The translations under genes and the position numbers were made by a program. The notes under the pieces are model-generated. The model made no database searches. It was not told where the DNA came from and saw nothing but the letters and a program-made list of their open reading frames with translations. 64,000 bases of DNA, taken from contig CAZEBQ010000001.1 of NCBI GenBank assembly GCA_964510295.1, positions 829 through 64,828 on the forward strand, written 5' to 3'. This DNA comes from an uncultured Anaerolineales bacterium. GTDB taxonomy: Bacteria; Planctomycetota; Phycisphaerae; FEN-1346. Numbering within the stretch: position 1 is the first letter of the stretch; every line of letters begins with the position of its first letter. Shown here one piece after another: positions 57,905 through 64,000 of the stretch.

Positions 57905-58498
57905 TCAGTACTTCCGCAAAACGCCGATGACGACCCCTTGAATCCGGCAGGTCTTGACGTAGATGGGCTTCATCCTTTCGTTGGCGGGCTGGAGGCGGAT
58001 GCGGCCTTTCTCGCGGTAGAACGTCTTGAGGGTGGCGTCGCCACCATCGAGGAGGGCGACGACCGTCTCGCCGTTTCGGGCTTGCGACCGTTTTTCGACG
58101 ATGACGTAGTCGCCGTCGCGAATCTGCTCGTCGATCATCGAGTCGCCGCGAACCTGGAGGACGAAGGTCTCGCCGGCGCGGCCCCGGAAGAGTTCCTCGA
58201 GGTCGAGGATCTCGGCGTCTTCAACGGCCTCGATGGGGCTGCCGGCGGCGATAAGGCCGACGAGCGGCAGGGCGGTCGGCCGGCCGGAAAGTTCCGGCGC
58301 CAGTTCGATCGCACGGCTGAGCGTCGGCCGGCGGCGCAGGGCGCCGCGGGCCTCAAGCGCCTCGATGTGCTCGAACACCGTCGGCCGGGAGACGCCCAGG
58401 TGGTCGGCGATCTCCTGCATCGTCGGCGCATAATCGTTCTCCGCGACGTAGTCGCGGATAAATACGACGATATCATGTTGGCGACGCGTCAGGTTCAT
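57905..58498 (-). CDS. lexA: LexA repressor (SOS regulator, S24 peptidase)
   Basis: MNLTRRQHDIVVFIRDYVAENDYAPTMQEIADHLGVSRPTVFEHIEALEARG (wHTH), ...VRGDSMIDEQIRDGDYVIVE... (Ser) and ...ATLKTF... (Lys) are present. The long upstream in-frame extension in the ORF track is Pro/Ala-rich junk. Confidence 0.9.
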   Translation of the reverse strand: MNLTRRQHDIVVFIRDYVAENDYAPTMQEIADHLGVSRPTVFEHIEALEARGALRRRPTLSRAIELAPELSGRPTALPLVGLIAAGSPIEAVEDAEILDLEELFRGRAGETFVLQVRGDSMIDEQIRDGDYVIVEKRSQARNGETVVALLDGGDATLKTFYREKGRIRLQPANERMKPIYVKTCRIQGVVIGVLRKY

Positions 58499-59309
58499 GG
58501 CGTTCCTCCGGAATTCGATGGTGCCCGTATGTGACAGGCGTCGTGCGCGCGGCAGGTACGATGCCGTGGGAACGTGCCCCGCTGCTCCCGCAGCGGGCTC
58601 GAACCGCGGCGGGGTCGAACCGTGGCGCTTGGCCGGCACGGCACATTCGCAGCACGAAACGCGGACGAAGGAGGGGAGGGCCGGAGCGCCCCCCAATCGG
58701 TGCTCCGGCCCCGCGTGGTCTCGCGCCGCCGGTGGGGGCGGCGACGCCAAAGACCGCTGGCTTTCGTCCTGCCGCGCGGCCGGGGCCGGGGTGCGTGGGG
58801 GACACCTCGGCCGGGCCATCGGTGTGCGGCGAGACGTTGGGTGCGCTGACCGGTCGTGGGGATGGCCGCCTGTGGGGCAGGGCGGCCACGAGATGGCGTC
58901 GGCTGCGTCCTGGGCCGGCCGGCGTGCCAGCGCGGGGGGAGGCGGGCGGGCCGAGGGGGGCACGGGTTGCCCTTCGACCGCGCCCGATCCTCTTCCCACG
59001 TGTTCGCTGGCATCGGGCGGCGCAAGCGCCGTCGACAAACCGGTCACTGACCGGCGGCCGTCGAATCGGGCGTGCGGAGTTTGCTTGCACTCCGGTCCGA
59101 GGACCGCTATAAGCGCTTTGGCTGCTCTCGAAAAACGGTTGTCAAAGAGCCGAGTACGACACCCGTCATGATGGGCGGTAGGGTATCCTAACAGCGCCCT
59201 AACGTCAAGAGGTAAATCGGCCTGAGGGCGAGAAAACTTGACCTTTTCTGGCCGAAAAAGCCTAACAGAGTCCTAACTCGTTGTCGGGGGCGAACTTACG
59301 TCGCGATGT

Positions 59310-60455
59310 TTGTCGGGGCCGGACGAAAGTTTTTTCCGCAGGAGGTGGTCCTTGGCGAAACGACGGCGGACTTCACGGGCCGCGATCCGCAGCGCACGCC
59401 TCGCCCGCATCCTGCGCCAGCGCGACGTGCCGGCCATGCTGATCACCGATCCGGTCGGCGTCGGCTACCTGTCGGGTTTCACGGGTGAGGACAGTTGGCT
59501 TGTGGTCGGCAAGGGCAAGGGGTGGCTGCTCACGGACTCGCGTTTCGCGGAGCAGGCCCAGGTCGATTGCCCTGCCCTGGCCATCACGGTGCGCAAAGGT
59601 TCGTTGGTCGAGGCGTTGGCGAAGGTCGTGCGGCGCAAGGGCCTCGGGCGGCTGGGATACGATCCGGAAGCGGTGTCGGTGGCGCTGCTCGGGCGGCTGC
59701 GCAAAGGGTTGAAGGGGGTGCGGCTGGTGCGAGTGCCGGACGTCGCGACCCGGCTCCGGCTCTGCAAAGATGCGACGGAACTGAAGACGATCCGCCGGGC
59801 GATTGCCGTGGCCGCAGAGGCCTGGGCGGGGTTCCGCGCGTCGATCCGTCTCGGCATGACCGAGCATCAACTGGCCGCCGACCTCGACCACCGGATGCGC
59901 CTGGCCGGGGCGGACGGCTGCGCGTTTCCGACGATCGTGGCCATCGACGCCTCCGCCGCCAGACCCCACGCCATCCCGGGCCGCACGCGCCTGAAGCGCG
60001 GGTCGGTGCTTCTGGTGGACTTTGGCGCGAAGGTTGACCGGTATGTCTGCGACTTGACACGGGTCCTCTTTGCCGGTAGAATCTCTCCTTTTGTTCGCCG
60101 CGTGTACGGCGTGGTGTACGATGCGCAGGCCGCCGGCATCGCCCGAGCGGGGCCGGGCGTCGCGTTCACCGAGGTCGACGCCGCCGTCCGCGGCGTCATC
60201 AAGGAGGCTGGTTTCGGCAAGCGGTTCCGGCACGGCACCGGGCACGGCATCGGCCGCAAGGTCCACGAGGGGCCGGGGCTCGCGCCCAGGGGCGTGAAGG
60301 GTGAACTCGAACCGGGCATGGTCGTCACCGTTGAGCCGGGCATCTATCTGAGAGGCCGGTTCGGCATCCGCATCGAGGACGACGTCCTGATCACCCCGAC
60401 CGGGCGCACCGTGCTGACGCACGTGGAGAAGGATATCGACCAGATGATCCTGTAG
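59310..60455 (+). CDS. Xaa-Pro aminopeptidase / M24-family metallopeptidase
   Basis: ...HGTGHGIGRKVHEGP... and ...VVTVEPGIY... are M24B (pita-bread) metal-ligand motifs. The N-terminal DVPAMLITDPVGVGYLSGFTG is the creatinase-N domain. The TTG start is uncertain. Confidence 0.75.
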   Translation: MSGPDESFFRRRWSLAKRRRTSRAAIRSARLARILRQRDVPAMLITDPVGVGYLSGFTGEDSWLVVGKGKGWLLTDSRFAEQAQVDCPALAITVRKGSLVEALAKVVRRKGLGRLGYDPEAVSVALLGRLRKGLKGVRLVRVPDVATRLRLCKDATELKTIRRAIAVAAEAWAGFRASIRLGMTEHQLAADLDHRMRLAGADGCAFPTIVAIDASAARPHAIPGRTRLKRGSVLLVDFGAKVDRYVCDLTRVLFAGRISPFVRRVYGVVYDAQAAGIARAGPGVAFTEVDAAVRGVIKEAGFGKRFRHGTGHGIGRKVHEGPGLAPRGVKGELEPGMVVTVEPGIYLRGRFGIRIEDDVLITPTGRTVLTHVEKDIDQMIL

Positions 60456-60564
60456 CCGCCGTACGGGCTGGCCATGTCTCGCCGTCAGTCGAGAGAAGAT
60501 TGCACCGAGTGACCCTGTGGCTGCCGGACACGGCGGCTGGACGACCGATAGCAGGAGAACGGCT

Positions 60565-61056
60565 ATGGCAGACGAACAGGCAGCGGACGGGGCCGAATCC
60601 GGCGCCGGCAAGGTTGACCTCGACGCGATCCGGCAACTCCTGACATTGATGGATGAGCACGGCCTCGAGGAACTGGAGATCGAGCACGAAGACATGGCCG
60701 TGCGCCTGCGCAAAGCCGGCGCGAGCACTGCGGCCCCGGTCGCCGCTGCGCCTGCTGCCGCGCCGCCGCCGGCACCCGCCGCCGCTTCGCCCGAGGCCGA
60801 AGCCGATGAGGAGAGCCTGCCGACGATCGACTCGCCGATGGTCGGCACGTTTTACGAGGCGGCCAGCCCGGAGGCCGACCCGTTTGTCCGGGTGGGCAAC
60901 ACCGTGGACGAGTCCACTGTGGTCTGCATCATCGAGGCGATGAAGGTGTTCAACGAGATCCGGGCGGAGAAGAGCGGCACGATCGAGGCGATTCTGATCA
61001 AGAATGCGGACTCCGTTGAGTTCGGCCAGCCGCTGTTTGTCATCCGCCCCGTTTAG
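60565..61056 (+). CDS. accB: Acetyl-CoA carboxylase biotin carboxyl carrier protein
   Basis: An Ala/Pro linker is followed by ...CIIEAMKVFNEIRAEKSGTIEAILIKNADSVEFGQPLFVIRP, the biotinyl-lysine motif EAMKV. Confidence 0.85.
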   Translation: MADEQAADGAESGAGKVDLDAIRQLLTLMDEHGLEELEIEHEDMAVRLRKAGASTAAPVAAAPAAAPPPAPAAASPEAEADEESLPTIDSPMVGTFYEAASPEADPFVRVGNTVDESTVVCIIEAMKVFNEIRAEKSGTIEAILIKNADSVEFGQPLFVIRPV

Positions 61057-61185
61057 CAGTTGCCCGAGAGCGTGCGCGGCGGGGCTGCCGGCGTGCCGCG
61101 AGAGGGGTGGCCGAGCCTGGGTGCCGAGCGGGCAAACCCGACACCCAAGGAACCAGGCGGTCTCTGGGCCGGCCGGGGAGAGAGC

Positions 61186-62523
61186 ATGTTCTCACGTATC
61201 CTGGTGGCGAATCGCGGCGAAATCGCCTTGCGCATCATCCGGGCGTGCACCGAGATGGGCATCGAAAGCGTCGCCGTCTATTCCGAGGCCGACCGCGGCG
61301 CCCGGTACCTCGACCTGGCCGACGACACCATCTGCATCGGCCCCGCGCCGCCGGCCCAGTCGTACCTGAACACCTCGCGGATCATCTCGGCGGCCGAGGT
61401 GGCCGACGTCGACGCCATCCATCCCGGGTATGGCTTCCTGGCCGAGAACCCGCACTTCGCCGAAGTGTGCCGCTCGTGCAACATCGAGTTCATCGGTCCG
61501 AACGTCGAGGCCATGCGCCTCGTGGGCGACAAGGTCCAGGCCAAGGAACTCGCCCGCCGCGCCAACATCTACACCATTCCCGGCTCCGACGGGGCACTCG
61601 ACAACGTGGACGAGGCCATCGGCCTGGCCCGCCAGATCGGTTACCCCGTCATCGTCAAGGCGGCAGCGGGCGGCGGCGGGCGCGGCATGCGCATCGCACA
61701 CAACGACATCTCGCTGACCCAGGCCGTCGGACAGGGACAGTCCGAAGCCGATGCCGCTTTCAAGGACGGACGCGTCTATCTCGAAAAGTACCTCGACGGC
61801 GTCCGCCATATCGAGGTCCAGATTCTCGCGGACTCGCGCGGCGCCTGCGTCCATCTGTGGGAACGCGACTGCACGTGCCAACGCCGGCATCAGAAACTGA
61901 TCGAGGAATCGCCCTCGCCCGCCATCAGCGACCGCACCCGCGCCAAACTCTGCGATGCCGCCGTCCGGATGGCCAAGGAGGCCGGCTACACCGGCGCCGG
62001 AACCGTCGAGTTCCTGGTGGACAAGGATGAGAGATTCTACCTCCTGGAAGTCAACGCCCGCATCCAGGTCGAGCATCCGGTGACCGAACTCGTGACCGGC
62101 ATCGACCTCGTGGAGCAGCAGATTCGCGTGGCCGCCGGTGAGCGGCTGCCGTTTCGCCAGAAGGACGTGCCGCAGAAAGGGTGTGCCATCGAGTGCCGCA
62201 TCAACGCCGAGGACTGCTTCAACGATTTCCGCCCGTCGCCGGGCGTCCTGGAGCGGTTCTGCGTCCCGGGCGGGCCGGGGGTCCGCGTCGATACCCACTG
62301 CTGCCAGGGGTGGACCATCTCGCCTCAGTACGACTCGATGATCGCGAAACTGCTCGTCCACCGGCCGACCCGCGCCGCCGCCATCGTGACCATGCGCCGG
62401 GCCCTCTCGGAGTTCGTCATCGAGGGCGTCCAGACCACCGTCCCGCTGCACATGGACATCATGTCGAACCCCGATTTCAACGCCGCACGCGTCGACACCG
62501 GCTGGGTCGAACGCGTCTGGTAA
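61186..62523 (+). CDS. accC: Acetyl-CoA carboxylase biotin carboxylase subunit
   Basis: [21 protein letters not shown]..., ...[10 protein letters not shown]..., ...[11 protein letters not shown]..., ...[15 protein letters not shown]... are all present. Confidence 0.9.
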   Translation: MFSRILVANRGEIALRIIRACTEMGIESVAVYSEADRGARYLDLADDTICIGPAPPAQSYLNTSRIISAAEVADVDAIHPGYGFLAENPHFAEVCRSCNIEFIGPNVEAMRLVGDKVQAKELARRANIYTIPGSDGALDNVDEAIGLARQIGYPVIVKAAAGGGGRGMRIAHNDISLTQAVGQGQSEADAAFKDGRVYLEKYLDGVRHIEVQILADSRGACVHLWERDCTCQRRHQKLIEESPSPAISDRTRAKLCDAAVRMAKEAGYTGAGTVEFLVDKDERFYLLEVNARIQVEHPVTELVTGIDLVEQQIRVAAGERLPFRQKDVPQKGCAIECRINAEDCFNDFRPSPGVLERFCVPGGPGVRVDTHCCQGWTISPQYDSMIAKLLVHRPTRAAAIVTMRRALSEFVIEGVQTTVPLHMDIMSNPDFNAARVDTGWVERVW

Positions 62524-62571
62524 GCGGCGTGACTGAAAGTTCGCCGCATCAAAGGCGGTGGGATTAACACT

Positions 62572-62690
62572 ATAGCGCCACTTCGCGCGCGGCGGGTCTC
62601 CGTACCCGCCGCGCAGCCCCGCAAATGGCCCTTTACACGCGGTGGGTGCGGAGACCCACCGCGCGAAATGCCTAGGTGGCGCTGTGGTGT
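62572..62690. repeat. Nested palindromic REP/MITE-like element after accC
   Basis: Outer arms tagcgccacttcg / ctaggtggcgctgtgg. Inner hairpins cgcgcggcgggtctccgtacccgccgcgc and cgcggtgggtgcggagacccaccgcgcg. Confidence 0.7.
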
Positions 62691-62739
62691 TGAATCAGGT
62701 GCACGGAACCTAAAGAAGTCAAGCGGTCGTTGTCTTCAA

Positions 62740-62816
<77 letters not shown>

Positions 62817-63158
62817 CGCGTCTCGACGGCCAGCCGTACGGCGCTGCTGGTCCGAGCACAAATGCCCGGCCGACGAACGGCCCATTCTCCGCCCGCGTGG
62901 CGGCGTGTCAAGCGAAAACGTCGCCCAATCGGCGATGCGGGTGTGGCAACGATTTCTGGCATGGGACGATTTCCTGCGGCTTGGCCGTAGCGCCGGGGTT
63001 TATCCCCGGCGCATCCTGGGCGGCGCCGCCGCCAACGGCCGCCGGGCATGAAGCCCGGCGCTACAACCGCCTGTGATCGCCAGAAAGAATTGCCCCAATC
63101 GGCGATGCGGGCGCACCTGGCCCTGGTGGCGGCGCGGCCGGAGTGCCCGCACGGAATC

Positions 63159-64000
63159 TCACCGCTGATAGATGGGAAGTTGGCGATACGATACGCTCAT
63201 GGCCAGAACGGCCATGGCGCTGGAGTAGTAGTCTCCGCCTTCGCCGACGTTCTCGCCGGAGGATCGCCACTTGCCGTCCTTCTGCTGGGCCGTGAGCATG
63301 ACCTCGTACATCTGCGAGGCCCACCGGTCCCAGTAATCGTCGCCGAGTTGAAACATGCCCTGTGAACAATAGTACATGGCATAGGAGAAGTGGGACCCGC
63401 GTCCGTAGTGGGTGGGCAGGTTCTTGAGGAGCCACTCGCCGGCCATCAGGGCGCTGCGGTCGCGATGCCGGCCGCACAGTTCCAGGCAGAGCAGGGCGGT
63501 TCCCGTCCGGCCCCACCCGGAGCCGCCGCCCGGCTGATAGGCAAAGCCGCCGTCGCGGCGAACCTGGCACTTCATGACGTAGCCGATGCCGCGCGCGATG
63601 GCCTCGGTCGGGACGGCCGCACCGTTGTTGCGCGCCGACCGCAGGGCCATGACGGCCCAACTGGTGCAGGAGATGTCGCTGTCGCGGCTGTCGCCCTGGT
63701 ACCGCCAGCCGCCCGTGCTGCGTTCGTCCTTGTGAATCTGCTGGGCCGAAAGGATCAACTTCATGGCCTTGGCCAGGACCTTGTCGATCCTGGCCTGGCG
63801 CTCGGCCTCGACCATGCCGGAGACCTCCGAGAGCATCAGCGCCGAGATGCAGTGGCTGTACATCGGCCCGTGGCCGGAACTGCCGCGGGTCAGCATGCCG
63901 TTGGACTGCTGGTTCTTCAGGATGAAATCAATCCCCTTGTCGAGGGCCTTGCCGTATGGCCCGACGCCGGGGGTGTGCCCCTTGGCAAGCAGCGCCATGA
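63159..64000 (-). CDS. Prenyltransferase/squalene-oxidase-repeat ((alpha/alpha)6 toroid, terpene-cyclase-like) protein, C-terminal part; the gene continues past the right edge
   Basis: Repeats of the ...GGW...G.......T.WAV.AL... type are seen, e.g. STGGWRYQGDSRDSDISCTSWAVMALR and DGGFAYQPGGGSGWGRTGTALLCLEL. Confidence 0.5.
   Translation of the reverse strand, partial: MALLAKGHTPGVGPYGKALDKGIDFILKNQQSNGMLTRGSSGHGPMYSHCISALMLSEVSGMVEAERQARIDKVLAKAMKLILSAQQIHKDERSTGGWRYQGDSRDSDISCTSWAVMALRSARNNGAAVPTEAIARGIGYVMKCQVRRDGGFAYQPGGGSGWGRTGTALLCLELCGRHRDRSALMAGEWLLKNLPTHYGRGSHFSYAMYYCSQGMFQLGDDYWDRWASQMYEVMLTAQQKDGKWRSSGENVGEGGDYYSSAMAVLAMSVSYRQLPIYQR

Noticed and set aside
58499-59047. N-terminal 183-codon extension of the lexA reading frame (track ORF 57905-59047)
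   Set aside because: The extension is Pro/Ala/Arg-rich with no stop simply because of GC content. LexA homologues start at MNLTRRQHD (58498), which has an ATG.

Overview
This is a 64 kb window of very GC-rich (~67-70%) bacterial chromosome. Coding density is high, and both strands carry long spurious antisense ORFs caused by stop-codon scarcity at this GC content. The gene content points to a Planctomycetota-like member of the PVC group: a Chlamydia/Bacteroidetes-style V-type ATPase operon, an H-X9-DG (DUF1559) pseudopilin, a PEP-CTERM protein, sulfatase and DNRLRE proteins, a PQQ-like beta-propeller and HEAT-repeat giants. From left to right the window contains: a V-ATPase operon (atpE, DUF2764, atpA, atpB, atpD and the start of atpI, minus strand); a metallophosphoesterase; a cell-wall amidase; a secreted pseudo-protease/zinc-finger protein; 5-formyl-THF cyclo-ligase; a LysM/L,D-transpeptidase; two large overlapping hypothetical envelope proteins; a glycoside-hydrolase plus gluconolactonase cluster; a ferrous-iron uptake locus (dtxR-feoA-feoB-feoB-associated peptide-dtxR/FeoA fusion) whose two promoters share an AGTTYG-N6-CRAACT operator; PEP-CTERM, pseudopilin, DUF4405 and PQQ-propeller proteins; a STAS/GspE-ATPase pair; an SGNH hydrolase; a HEAT-repeat protein; a VOC protein; dhaK-dhaL plus a DhnA-type aldolase; a sulfated-glycan utilisation cluster (cupin isomerase, PL10-like lyase, sulfatase, TIM-barrel isomerase, DNRLRE-DUF4091 hydrolase); fadD; an MFS transporter; trpB2; cspA; an esterase-PKD protein; metK; a lexA operon carrying a low-GC (~50%) foreign gene; pepP; accB-accC; and tRNA-Asp. 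Non-coding highlights are a family of seven or more nested palindromic REP/MITE-like repeats, heptamer-repeat arrays inside the V-ATPase operon spacers, an attenuator-like hairpin plus U7 in the cspA leader, and gene remnants (HicB-like fragment, ABC-permease tail). No rRNA, CRISPR array or obvious IS element was seen.
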